Shown here: positions 40,600 to 50,448 of the stretch, piece by piece
Layout of the letters: every line of letters begins with the position of its first letter
Numbering within the stretch: position 1 is the first letter of the stretch
Assembly (NCBI GenBank): GCA_020251025.1
Contig: JADCDI010000040.1
Coordinates: 714 to 64,713 of the forward strand
Source of the DNA: Rhodobacter sp.
GTDB lineage: Bacteria > Pseudomonadota > Alphaproteobacteria > Rhodobacterales > Rhodobacteraceae
Direction: 5' to 3'
Length of the DNA stretch: 64,000 nt
The notes under the pieces: generated by a model
Told to the model about the DNA's origin: nothing
Database searches by the model: none
Seen by the model: the letters and a program-made list of their open reading frames with translations, nothing else
Made by a program: the position numbers and the translations under genes

Positions 40600-40767
40600 T
40601 CAGCTTGTGACTTCGGCAGTGCAGGCCTGCTTTGCCGCATCCCAGGTCTGGCCCGCCGCGCATTGCGAGGCGGATTGCATTTTTTCCCGGTCGCAGCCCG
40701 CCCCGGCAAGCGCAAACGTCGGCGCAAGGGTCAGGGCGATCAGGCAGAGGGTCGTCTTGATCTTCAT
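40600..40767 (-). CDS. Small secreted Cys-containing protein (55 aa)
   Basis: Internal ATG 40767 of ORF 40600..40995. Signal peptide MKIKTTLCLIALTLAPTFALA, then GAGCDREKMQSASQCAAGQTWDAAKQACTAEVTS. Shares the C-x2-GQ-x-WD-x3-K-x-C motif with the next gene. Confidence 0.45.
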   Translation of the reverse strand: MKIKTTLCLIALTLAPTFALAGAGCDREKMQSASQCAAGQTWDAAKQACTAEVTS

Positions 40768-40864
40768 GGCGCGTCCTTTCGTTGCAGTGCCCCCTAAGGA
40801 ACCCTGAAACGCGATTCGCGGCAAGTCCGCCGTCCTTGCGCGCCGCCCGATCACGGCATTGTCA

Positions 40865-41407
40865 TCAATAATCGTGCGTCTCGCCGGTCTGGATGGCGCT
40901 TTGCAGGGCCGTTTCGGCCCAAAGCCCCGAACCGCCGCGTGCCCGGATCTCGGCCAGTTGAACCTCTGCCAGGTCGATCCTGCCCAATTCGACATAGGCC
41001 TGCCCCAGGTAGGACCGGCACAGGATATTGTCCGGGTTCAGCGCCAGCGCCTTTGCATAGGCGGCAAGCCCTTCGTCCATCCGCCCGGCCTTGCGGTTGG
41101 CAAAGCCGATATAGGTCAGGACCCGGTCGGTCTTGCCTTCGGTCATGGCCGCCAGCACGATCAGGGCGTCTTCGGGCCGCCCCGCCCAGGCAAGTTCCCG
41201 GACCGCCCTGAAGCGGGTATCGTCATCCAGAAGGCCGCTTTTGGCATCGACGCAGCTTTTCGTAGCCTCGTCCCAGACCTGGCCCTTGACGCATTCGGTG
41301 CTGGTCTGGGTCGCAGGCGGCGGTTCGGTTTGATCGCTGCCGGCGGCAAGGGCGTTGACCGGCAACAGAAGCAGGGCGGCAGCGGCAACGGTGATGGTCA
41401 GGCGCAT
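40865..41407 (-). CDS. Secreted TPR-repeat protein with an N-terminal Cys motif
   Basis: Internal ATG 41407. Signal peptide MRLTITVAAAALLLLPVNALA, ECVKGQVWDEATKSCVD, then TPR-like repeats (...GRMDEGLAAYAKALALNPDN...YLGQAYVELGRIDLAE). Confidence 0.65.
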   Translation of the reverse strand: MRLTITVAAAALLLLPVNALAAGSDQTEPPPATQTSTECVKGQVWDEATKSCVDAKSGLLDDDTRFRAVRELAWAGRPEDALIVLAAMTEGKTDRVLTYIGFANRKAGRMDEGLAAYAKALALNPDNILCRSYLGQAYVELGRIDLAEVQLAEIRARGGSGLWAETALQSAIQTGETHDY

Positions 41408-41504
41408 CGCTGTTTTTCCTTCCGTTCTTCGCATGGCCGAAGGGTAGCAACGCAGCCGACAAGACCCGCTCACGTTCGCGTGACCGCCGGCGCGGGAAAA
41501 GGCA

Positions 41505-42809
41505 TCAACCCCCGAAAACCCGCGCAAAGATCGTGTCGACGTGCCGCGTGTGATAGCCCATATCGAAGTTTTGCTCGATCACGGCGGGCGGCAGCGCCGC
41601 CGTCACCTCGGGGTCGGCCAGAAGCTCGGCCTTGAAATCCGCCCCCTGGTCCCAGACCTTCATCGCGTTGCGCTGCACCAGACGGTAGGCATCCTCGCGG
41701 CTGACCCCGGCCTGGGTCAGGGCCAGCAGCACGCGCTGGCTCATCACCAGGCCGCGGAACCTGTTCAGGTTGGCCAGCATGTTTTCGGGGTAGACCACCA
41801 GTTTTTCGATGAGCCCTGCCAGCCGGTGCAGGGCGAAATCCAGCGTGATCGTGGCATCCGGCCCGATGGCACGTTCCACCGAGGAATGGCTGATGTCCCG
41901 TTCGTGCCACAGCGCCACGTTTTCCAGCGCCGGAATCACCGCCATGCGCACCAGCCGCGCAAGGCCCGTCAGGTTTTCCGACAGCACTGGGTTGCGCTTG
42001 TGCGGCATGGCGCTGCTGCCCTTCTGGCCGGGGGAAAAGAATTCTTCCGCCTCCAGCACTTCGGTGCGCTGCATGTGGCGGATCTCCACCGCGACATTTT
42101 CGATCCCCGAGGCGATGACGCCCAGCGTTGCAAAGAACATCGCATGCCGGTCGCGCGGGATCACCTGGGTGCTGATCGGTTCCGGCACCAGCCCCATCAT
42201 CGCGCAGACGTGCTTTTCGACCGCAGGATCGATGTTGGCAAAGGTTCCGACGGCCCCTGAAATGGCGCCGGTCGCAATTTCCGAACGGGCATTCACCAAA
42301 CGCGCCCGGTTGCGGGACATCTCGGCATAGAAGCGGGCAAAGGTCAGCCCCAATGTTGTGGGTTCGGCATGAATGCCGTGGCTGCGCCCGATGCGCAGTG
42401 TATACTTGTGTTCCAGCGCGCGGGATTTCAGCGCGCCCAGCACCCGGTCCAGCCCGGCCAGAAGCAGATCGCTGGCGCGGCACAACTGGACGTTCAGCGC
42501 GGTGTCCAGAACATCGGAACTGGTCATGCCCTGATGCACGAAACGCGCCTCGTCGGCACCGATGTGCTCTGCCAGATGGGTGAGAAAGGCGATCACGTCG
42601 TGCCTGGTCACCGCCTCGATCTCATGGATCCGTTCCACGTCAAAGGTCACGTCCCTGGCCCGCCAGACTGCTTCGGCATTTGCCTTGGGGATCACGCCCA
42701 GGGCAGCCTGGGCATCACAGGCATGGGCCTCGATCTCGAACCAGATGCGGAACCGGGTTTCGGGCGACCACAGGGCAACCATCTCGGGGCGGGAATAGCG
42801 CGGGATCAT
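41505..42809 (-). CDS. purB: Adenylosuccinate lyase
   Basis: MIPRYSRPEM..LWS.E.RF..W..IE.... and the signature GSSAMPHKRNP. Internal ATG 42809 of ORF 41505..43097. Confidence 0.93.
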   Translation of the reverse strand: MIPRYSRPEMVALWSPETRFRIWFEIEAHACDAQAALGVIPKANAEAVWRARDVTFDVERIHEIEAVTRHDVIAFLTHLAEHIGADEARFVHQGMTSSDVLDTALNVQLCRASDLLLAGLDRVLGALKSRALEHKYTLRIGRSHGIHAEPTTLGLTFARFYAEMSRNRARLVNARSEIATGAISGAVGTFANIDPAVEKHVCAMMGLVPEPISTQVIPRDRHAMFFATLGVIASGIENVAVEIRHMQRTEVLEAEEFFSPGQKGSSAMPHKRNPVLSENLTGLARLVRMAVIPALENVALWHERDISHSSVERAIGPDATITLDFALHRLAGLIEKLVVYPENMLANLNRFRGLVMSQRVLLALTQAGVSREDAYRLVQRNAMKVWDQGADFKAELLADPEVTAALPPAVIEQNFDMGYHTRHVDTIFARVFGG

Positions 42810-43188
42810 CGGCGGGCCTTTCTGTTGCGGCGCAGGCGCGGTCGGCATAGTCGTGACCGGCCAGCCTGGCAAGGACCGGAACCTTGCGCGGCGCAAAGAC
42901 CGGCCCGCGCCGGCGGGGCGGCAAAGCGGGCAGGGCCGGGTGGGTGCTGTGGCGGACTGACATGGGGCGACACTGCAGGATTTGACGGCCCGCTGGCGCA
43001 GCTTTCCGGGACCGGTTGAGGGGCGCGGGACCCTGCCTTTGCTGTCCTGCCCCCGTCCGGCCCCGCCGGGAACGCCTTGCCTGTCTGGGCAGCGCACGTT
43101 CCGCGCGGGGACCCGGGATTTGCTTTACGGATGATGCCGGATCGGTCACGCTGCGACGCTGTGTCGGTCTGCAGGAAGGAAGATCAGG

Positions 43189-43827
43189 ATGGTTGAAACC
43201 GTAAAGGGCCGCGAGGTGACGATCACCTTTGACGCCACGCGCTGCGTGCATTCGCGCAACTGCGTTCTGGGGCACCCCGAGGTGTTCGTGCCCAATGTGA
43301 AGGGCGACTGGATTTACCCCGATGCCGCGCCCGCCGCGACCGTTCTGCAGATCGGCATCGCCTGCCCGTCGGGTGCGATCCGCGTCACCCGCAATGACGG
43401 CTCAGCCACGTCAGAGGTGCCGCCCGTGGTCAATACGCTGCGCCTGCGCGAAAACGGGCCCCTGTCGCTGGAGGCGCCGATGCTGATCGGCGGCGTTGCG
43501 GCTGGCAGCGTGCGCGCCACCCTGTGCCGCTGCGGTGCGTCGCGCAACAAACCCTATTGCGACGGCAGCCATGCCGGGGCCGGCTTTATCGCCACGGGGG
43601 AGGCACCGGTGAAAGAGTCTGAACCGCTGGCCGCGCGTGATGGTCCGGTCGAGGTTGTGCCACTGCCGAACGGTCCGCTGAAGCTTGCAGGCAATGTCGA
43701 GGTTGTATCCGGCACCGGCAGAACCCTGAACCGGGCGACACAGCTTTTCCTGTGCCGCTGCGGCCAGTCCAAGACCAAGCCGTATTGCGACGGCAGCCAC
43801 AAGGCGGCGGGCTTTCAGGCCGACTGA
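43189..43827 (+). CDS. CDGSH iron-sulfur domain protein (two CDGSH motifs) with an N-terminal Cys-rich domain
   Basis: CRCGASRNKPYCDGSH and CRCGQSKTKPYCDGSH, with N-terminal ...FDATRCVHSRNCV...IACPSGAI. Confidence 0.85.
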   Translation: MVETVKGREVTITFDATRCVHSRNCVLGHPEVFVPNVKGDWIYPDAAPAATVLQIGIACPSGAIRVTRNDGSATSEVPPVVNTLRLRENGPLSLEAPMLIGGVAAGSVRATLCRCGASRNKPYCDGSHAGAGFIATGEAPVKESEPLAARDGPVEVVPLPNGPLKLAGNVEVVSGTGRTLNRATQLFLCRCGQSKTKPYCDGSHKAAGFQAD

Positions 43828-43993
43828 ACCCGCAGGCCGCGCGTTCAGGGCAACGCGCGGTCACCACCATGATTTTTCAGCGAAAAATCCCGCCCCCTTC
43901 GCCGGGCATCTCGATCCCCCGCAGATTTTTCGCAGAAAAATCGGTTCTGACCAATGCGCGGCACCGCGCTGGCATCCAGCCGGGCGGCCCCGG

Positions 43994-45337
43994 TCAGGCC
44001 TGCCCGGTCAGGCGCGCATCGAACGGGTAGGTTGTCAGGTTCTCGAACCCCGTTTCGGTGATCAGCACCTGATCCTCCAGCTTGATCGAGAAATCGCCCC
44101 CCTCCGGACTGACCAGAGCCTCGACACAGATCACGTTGCCCGGTTCCAGCACGGCATCGAAGGCCCCTTCGGTATAGCCGTCGGGGTAGGTGACATAGGG
44201 CCATTCGTCGCACAGCCCCACGCCATGCATCTTGCAGGAATATTTCTGCCGCCAGTACTGCGCGTCAAGCTGATGGCCGCCATGGACCAGTTCCCTGATC
44301 GAAACCCCGGGCTTCAGCATTGCCATGTTGGTGGCGATATGGTCCATCGCATGCCCCATCGCCGAGATCATCGCATTGCCGGGGTACCCGTCGCCCACCC
44401 ACCAGGTGCGCGAGATGTCGATGCACATGCCGTAGGCCCCGATCAGGTCGGTATCAAAGGCCACGATTTCATTGTTCTGCACGATCCGTGGCCCGCATTC
44501 CTGAAACCAGGGATTGGTGCGCGGACCCGAGGCAAGCAGGCGGGTTTCAATCCATTCGCCGCCGCGCCGTATGTTTTCGGCATGCAGCACCGACCAGATG
44601 TCATCCTCGCTCATGCGCCCGCCGGGGACACCTTCGCGCGTGGCGCGTTCCATCACCGCAATGGCGCTTTCGCAGGCATGGTGGGCGCAGCGCATGGCCG
44701 CGATGTCATCCGGCCCCTTTACGGCGCGGACCCGCTCGGTCACCTCTTCGCCTTCCACCACGTCAAAGCCGATGCGTTCCAGCGCGCGCAGGCCGACGAT
44801 CATGATCTTGTCCACGGCAAGCCGGCGGTTTGTCCCGGCATGGGCGCGCATGATCTCGTCCACCTGGGCGGCAAAGCCCCTGGCCGCATCTTCGCCCCGG
44901 TCGCCGGTGGAGTTGTAAAAGAAGGTCGCGCCGGACCGGACTTCCCGGATCAGCGGGTTGAACGTCACCAGAAACGGCGCATTCTTGTATTCCCAGATCA
45001 CCATATGCCCGTCCGCGCACAGCAGCACGGCCCGGAACGGGTTGTGCGTGTTCCAAAGCTGCATATTGGTGGTATCGGTCGCATAGCGGATGTTCAGCGG
45101 GTCAAACATCAAAAGCCCGCCATAGTCGCGCTGCACCAGCGCCTGCGTCAGCCGCGCCCAGCGGAACTGGCGCATCGCGGCCAGATCGGGCGGGGTCAGG
45201 CCCGCTGCCGCCCATTCGGCAAAGGCAAGCTGCGTCGGGCCGATTTCCACCCGGTTGTTGTCGTTGGGCGTACCATCGGCCAGCACGGCCCCGCGGCCGG
45301 GGTCGATCTTGCGGCGGTCGGCGTAATGCTGGTTCAT
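43994..45337 (-). CDS. dddP: M24 metallopeptidase-fold protein; best guess DMSP lyase DddP
   Basis: 447 aa. Creatinase/prolidase-type N-domain plus a pita-bread domain (...FDTDLIG.YG.C.DISRTW..., HGVGLCDEWP, CVEALV...FSIKLEDQVLITETG). N-terminus MNQHYADRRKIDP...GTPNDN matches my recollection of roseobacter DddP. Not verified by search. Confidence 0.6.
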   Translation of the reverse strand: MNQHYADRRKIDPGRGAVLADGTPNDNNRVEIGPTQLAFAEWAAAGLTPPDLAAMRQFRWARLTQALVQRDYGGLLMFDPLNIRYATDTTNMQLWNTHNPFRAVLLCADGHMVIWEYKNAPFLVTFNPLIREVRSGATFFYNSTGDRGEDAARGFAAQVDEIMRAHAGTNRRLAVDKIMIVGLRALERIGFDVVEGEEVTERVRAVKGPDDIAAMRCAHHACESAIAVMERATREGVPGGRMSEDDIWSVLHAENIRRGGEWIETRLLASGPRTNPWFQECGPRIVQNNEIVAFDTDLIGAYGMCIDISRTWWVGDGYPGNAMISAMGHAMDHIATNMAMLKPGVSIRELVHGGHQLDAQYWRQKYSCKMHGVGLCDEWPYVTYPDGYTEGAFDAVLEPGNVICVEALVSPEGGDFSIKLEDQVLITETGFENLTTYPFDARLTGQA

Positions 45338-45461
45338 CGCGGCCCCTTTCGTTCTTGATCCAGCGTCCCGCAGCCCGTTCCATGCGGCTTGCCTGCGCGC
45401 GACCTTGCCCTGTCGGTTTCCTGCCCTTCCGCCGGGCGCGCAGCCCGGCTAAAGTTGCGCC

Positions 45462-46241
45462 ATGCCCCTGATCCTGCAAACCACGCTGCCCTTCGCGCCC
45501 TGGATGGACCCGCGCACCAACCGTCTTCCCGGCGTGTTGCCGCTGGAGGGGGATGACTGGCTGCGGGTGGACGAGGCTTTTGCGGCGCAGATGGCTGAAC
45601 GTAACCGGCTGATCCGGGAGGTGCCCGATCTGGTTCATGCGCTTTTGCCGCAAGGCGTTGCCGCCGCGCAGGAACTTTACCGCCGCGTGCTGGCGCGGCT
45701 GGCCACAGAAGCGGGATATGCCGTGGGGGCAGATGCGGTGCAGCGCCCTGACGGTGTCTCGATCCCGCTGGACCTGTCGCAGCCGCTGCTGACCCTGGGG
45801 CGGCTGGTGCAGGAAGACCTGTGTCTGCTGGATTCGGTGGGTGGCGAACATGTTCTGACCGGGGCGATCCTGTGCTTTCCGGCAAGCTGGACCCTGGCGC
45901 AGAAGATCGGACGGCCGCTGTCGGACATTCATATTCCGGTGCCGTCCTATGACGGGGGGATCGCGCGGCGCGTGCAGCGCATGTTTGATGCGATCCGCCC
46001 CGAACAGCCGCTGTGGCGGGCCAATGCGCTGCTGTATGATGACCCGACGCTGTTCCAGCCCCGGCGGGAAGGCGTGCCCCGTCCGCGTCCGGTCGAAAAG
46101 ACCTATCTGAGGTCGGAACGGCAATGCCTGCTGCGCCTGCCCGAAACGCGGGCAGTGGTGTTCACGATCCACACCTGGGTTCTGCGGCGGTCCGACCTGC
46201 CGCAGGATGCCGAAGCTGCGGTGCTGGCGCTTCATCCCTGA
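45462..46241 (+). CDS. DUF3445 (heme-dependent oxidative N-demethylase-like) protein
   Basis: ...LVQEDLCLL......L.GA.LCFPASW.L..K.G..L..IH.PVP.Y......RV.R.F. is typical of DUF3445. Confidence 0.65.
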   Translation: MPLILQTTLPFAPWMDPRTNRLPGVLPLEGDDWLRVDEAFAAQMAERNRLIREVPDLVHALLPQGVAAAQELYRRVLARLATEAGYAVGADAVQRPDGVSIPLDLSQPLLTLGRLVQEDLCLLDSVGGEHVLTGAILCFPASWTLAQKIGRPLSDIHIPVPSYDGGIARRVQRMFDAIRPEQPLWRANALLYDDPTLFQPRREGVPRPRPVEKTYLRSERQCLLRLPETRAVVFTIHTWVLRRSDLPQDAEAAVLALHP

Positions 46242-46260
46242 CGGGGCAAGGCCATGCAAG

Positions 46261-46286
46261 AAGGGCGCGCCCTGCGGCGCGCCCTT
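46261..46286. terminator. Bidirectional stem-loop AAGGGCGCGCC-CTGC-GGCGCGCCCTT between convergent DUF3445 and glnA
   Basis: Perfect 11-bp stem with a 4-nt loop. Confidence 0.6.
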
Positions 46287-46310
46287 GTCCGACCGGCAAA
46301 TCCTGCCGGG

Positions 46311-47720
46311 TCAGCAGGAGTAGTACATCAGATATTCGATCGGGTGCGGCGTGTGTTCGTAGGCATAAACCTCTTCCCACTTCAGCGCGATATAGGCTTC
46401 CAGCTGATCCTTTGTGAACACGTCACCTGCCAGCAGGAAGTCGTGGTCTTTCTGCAGCTCTTCCAGCGCCTCGCGCAGCGAGCCGCAGACCGTGGGGATC
46501 GCCGCCAGCTCTTCGGGGGGCAGATCATAAAGGTCCTTGTCCGAGGCAGGGCCGGGATCGATCTTGTTGCGGATGCCGTCGAGACCGGCCATCAGCAGCG
46601 CCGCGAAGGCCAGATAGGGGTTGGCCGCCGGATCGGGGAAGCGGGCTTCCACGCGCTTGGCCTTGGGCGATTCCGTCCACGGAATGCGCACGCAGCCCGA
46701 GCGGTTGCGGGCGGAATAGGCGCGCAGGACCGGTGCCTCGAAGCCCGGGATCAGGCGCTTGTAGCTGTTGGTTGACGGATTGGTGATGGCGTTCAGCGCC
46801 TTGGCGTGCTTGAGGATCCCGCCGATGAAATACAGCGCCTCTTGCGAAAGGTCGGCATATTTGTCGCCTGCGAACAGCGGTTTGCCACCCTTCCAGATCG
46901 ACATGTTCACATGCATCCCCGACCCGTTGTCGCCCTTCATCGGTTTCGGCATGAAGGTGACGGTCTTGCCATAGGCATGGGCCACGTTGTGGATGACATA
47001 TTTGTACTTCTGGATGTTGTCGGCCTGGTCAACCAGACCGCCAAAGACCATGCCCAGTTCGTGCTGGCAGGTGGCCACCTCATGGTGGTGCTTGTCCACC
47101 TTGATGCCCATGCGCTTCATCGTCGAGAGCATCTCGCTGCGGATGTCCTGCGCCTCGTCCACGGGGTTGACCGGGAAGTAGCCGCCCTTGTGGGCCGCGC
47201 GGTGGCCGTAGTTGCCGCCTTCGGTCACGCTGCCGGTGTTCCAGGCTGCCGCCTCGGCGTCGATCTCGTAAGACACTTTGGCAGGGGTAATCGAATAGCG
47301 CACATCGTCGAACAGGAAGAATTCCGCTTCCGGCCCGCAATAGAACGCATCCCCTATCCCCGATGCCTTGAGATAAGCCTCTGCCTTCAGCGCGGTCTGG
47401 CGCGGGCAGCGCGAATAGGCCTCTCCGGTGTCCGGTTCGACCACGACGCAATGCACGCACATCGTCTTTTCGGCATAGAACGGGTCGATGTAGACCGACC
47501 CCGGATCGGGGATCAGCTTCATGTCGGACTGGTCGATGGATTTCCAGCCGGCAATCGACGAGCCGTCGAACATGAAGCCTTCTTCCCAGAAGTCTTCGTC
47601 AACAAGGTCAGCCACAAGCGTCACGTGCTGCAACTTGCCCTTGGGGTCGGTGAAACGGACGTCGACATATTCGACATCCTCGTCCTGCATCAGTTTCAGG
47701 GCAGCCTTTACCTTGCTCAT
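46311..47720 (-). CDS. glnA: Glutamine synthetase type I
   Basis: 469 aa. [31 protein letters not shown]... and the adenylylation-site region ...NLYDLPPEE. Confidence 0.95.
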   Translation of the reverse strand: MSKVKAALKLMQDEDVEYVDVRFTDPKGKLQHVTLVADLVDEDFWEEGFMFDGSSIAGWKSIDQSDMKLIPDPGSVYIDPFYAEKTMCVHCVVVEPDTGEAYSRCPRQTALKAEAYLKASGIGDAFYCGPEAEFFLFDDVRYSITPAKVSYEIDAEAAAWNTGSVTEGGNYGHRAAHKGGYFPVNPVDEAQDIRSEMLSTMKRMGIKVDKHHHEVATCQHELGMVFGGLVDQADNIQKYKYVIHNVAHAYGKTVTFMPKPMKGDNGSGMHVNMSIWKGGKPLFAGDKYADLSQEALYFIGGILKHAKALNAITNPSTNSYKRLIPGFEAPVLRAYSARNRSGCVRIPWTESPKAKRVEARFPDPAANPYLAFAALLMAGLDGIRNKIDPGPASDKDLYDLPPEELAAIPTVCGSLREALEELQKDHDFLLAGDVFTKDQLEAYIALKWEEVYAYEHTPHPIEYLMYYSC

Positions 47721-47788
47721 CTTGAGGTCGTTCCTTCTGCTTGAGGATCATTGCGGCGGCCGGGTGCCAGCCGGACAGGGGAGAGAGG

Positions 47789-48157
<369 letters not shown>

Positions 48158-48296
48158 TCACTGACCACTTTCAAACCGGGGCTACAATTGGCTAGGCTGG
48201 GCCTGTCCTGACACCAGGCGGAAATCCCCGCGCTGCGCCGTGAAAACAGGCAAAGCGCCTGTGTTTTGGGCGGTTTGTGAACAATGGGGCAAGAAA

Positions 48297-49877
48297 ATGA
48301 CCTATCTGCTGACATCTGCCCAAATCCGGGCCATTGAAAGCAGCGCAATTGCCTCGGGGCAGGTGACGGGACAGGTCCTGATGTCCCGCGCCGGGCAGGC
48401 TGTTGTGACGGCGGTGCAGACCGCCTGGCCCGGCAGAACCGGCCCCGTGGTTGTGTTCTGCGGGCCGGGCAACAATGGCGGCGACGGTTATGTCATCGCC
48501 CGTCTGCTGGATGCGGCGGGGCACGCGGTTTCGGTCTTTTCCTGTGGCGACAGCATCACGCCCGATGCCCGGCAGGCCCGGGCCGGCTGGACCGGTGCGA
48601 TTCTGCCGCTTGCTGCGCTGGACCGGACATGCCTGGCGCAGGCACCGCTGGTGATCGACGCCATGTTCGGAACCGGCCTTGCGCGGCCCGTTGCGGCGGA
48701 TGTCTGGGGCGCCGTTGCCATGGCGCAGGACAGCGGCTGCCCGGTTGTTGCGGTGGATATCCTGAGCGGTCTGTGTTCCGACAGCGGGCGTATCCGGGCC
48801 GATGCGGGCTATCTGGACCGTCCGGCCACCATGACCGTGACCTTCGACAGCCCGCGCCTGGGCCATATGCTGGCCGATGCTGCGCGGCTGTCGGGGCAGC
48901 TTGTCGTGGCCGATATCGGCCTGGGCCCCTGGCGTCAGGCCTGGGCGCGCGGGCGCGATGCAGAGCTGGTCGACGCCGCCACACCGTCCGGTCTGCTGGC
49001 CAAGGAGGGTGGGCACAAGTACAGCCATGGCCACGCCCTGATTCTGGGCGGCGGTCCGGGGCAGGGCGGGGCCGCCCGGCTGGCGGCCCGCGCGGCACTG
49101 CGGGTCGGGGCGGGGCTTGTGACGCTGGCCTGTCCGGCAGCCGCGCTTGCCGAAAATGCCGCGCGGCTGGACGCCGTCATGCTGCACGGCCTGGCGGACG
49201 GGGCGGCCCTGTCCCGGACGCTGGCCGACCCGCGGATCACTGCCCTGTGTCTTGGGCCGGCGCTGGGACGCGGGGCGCGCGAGGTCGGGTTGGTCGGTGC
49301 CGCCCTTGGCGCGGGCCGGGCCACCGTTCTGGACGCGGATGCCCTGACGCTGGTGGCAGAGGTCCCCGCCTTGCGCGCGGCCCTGCATCCGCGCTGTGTC
49401 CTGACCCCGCATGACGGCGAGTTTGCGCGGCTGTTTGCGCAGATCGCGGCGCGGCGGACCGGCCCGGTGAAGAACGGTACGCCCGCCTGTTCGAAAGTGG
49501 ATGCGGCCCGGCAGGCGGCGGCAGATGCGGGTTGTGTCGTGCTGCTGAAGGGGGCCGATACGGTGATTGCGGCCCCTGACGGGCGCTGTTCGGTGCATGC
49601 GGCGGTGCGCGGGCGCGCCGCCCCCTGGCTGGCCACCGCCGGGTCCGGTGATGTGCTTGCGGGACTGATCGGCGGGCTTCTGGCACGCGGGTTCGGCCCC
49701 TTCGAGGCTGCCGGGACGGCGGCCTGGCTTCATGCGGAAGCGGCGCTGCTTTTTGGACCCGGCCTGATTGCCGAAGACCTGGCGGACATGCTGCCACAGG
49801 TGCTGCGCCGCCTGACCGGGCACGGCGGGCAAGGGGCGCAAGCTGCCGGCCCCGCCCCCTTCGGTCAGCCCCAATAG
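48297..49877 (+). CDS. nnr: Bifunctional NAD(P)H-hydrate repair enzyme Nnr (epimerase/dehydratase)
   Basis: N-terminal YjeF_N (CGPGNNGGDGYV) and C-terminal carbohydrate-kinase-like dehydratase (GGGPGQGGAA...GSGDVLAGLIGGLLA). Internal ATG 48297. Confidence 0.88.
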   Translation: MTYLLTSAQIRAIESSAIASGQVTGQVLMSRAGQAVVTAVQTAWPGRTGPVVVFCGPGNNGGDGYVIARLLDAAGHAVSVFSCGDSITPDARQARAGWTGAILPLAALDRTCLAQAPLVIDAMFGTGLARPVAADVWGAVAMAQDSGCPVVAVDILSGLCSDSGRIRADAGYLDRPATMTVTFDSPRLGHMLADAARLSGQLVVADIGLGPWRQAWARGRDAELVDAATPSGLLAKEGGHKYSHGHALILGGGPGQGGAARLAARAALRVGAGLVTLACPAAALAENAARLDAVMLHGLADGAALSRTLADPRITALCLGPALGRGAREVGLVGAALGAGRATVLDADALTLVAEVPALRAALHPRCVLTPHDGEFARLFAQIAARRTGPVKNGTPACSKVDAARQAAADAGCVVLLKGADTVIAAPDGRCSVHAAVRGRAAPWLATAGSGDVLAGLIGGLLARGFGPFEAAGTAAWLHAEAALLFGPGLIAEDLADMLPQVLRRLTGHGGQGAQAAGPAPFGQPQ

Positions 49878-50107
49878 CGCGCCCCGGTGTGGGCAAGGAC
49901 CAAGCGGAAGGACGCGGCCCGGTGCCTTTGCGCGGGACCGGTCCCGGCGGCCGGTCTGACTGTTGGCAGGGCCCGGCACCGGCCCGGCGCTGATGCCATG
50001 GCGTGCTGCGGACCGGATCGGGGCGACAGATTCCCCTCGTATCTGCGGCTGTCTCTTGATAAAGGCGCGCAGGTTCCGGCCGGTCCCGGCGGCGGGCGGA
50101 ACAGGAT

Positions 50108-50192
50108 GCGGGCGTGGCGGAATTGGCAGACGCACCAGATTTAGGTTCTGGCGCCGCAAGGCGTGGGGGTTCAAGTCCCTTCGCCCGCACCA
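50108..50192 (+). tRNA. tRNA-Leu (anticodon TAG)
   Basis: Folded by hand: acceptor GCGGGCG/CGCCCGC, anticodon stem CCAGA/TCTGG with loop TTTAGGT, long variable arm, T-loop GTTCAAGTC, encoded 3' CCA. Confidence 0.9.
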
Positions 50193-50448
50193 CTTGCCAT
50201 CCTGCCGGACCCCGCCTGCGCCGGGTGCCGGCCTTGCCGGAAACGCTTCCAATTTCCCCCTCGCATCGCCCCGGAAGCTTTGCTAGAAGGCTTGGGGTTT
50301 GACTGCCCTGACATTGTCGGGGGCGGTGGCGTTTTGTGTTTCGCAAGCTGGCGGAGCGGGAAGGGCGCCCAGGGACATTGGGTCCGGATCAGCGGTGCCG
50401 GAAGGGGATGCCCCTGGCCCGCCCCGGTGAAGGAAAAAGGACGAAACG

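Noticed and set aside
48192-50252. 686-aa ORF on the minus strand
   Set aside because: Antisense to nnr, and it runs through the tRNA-Leu gene. Not protein-like.
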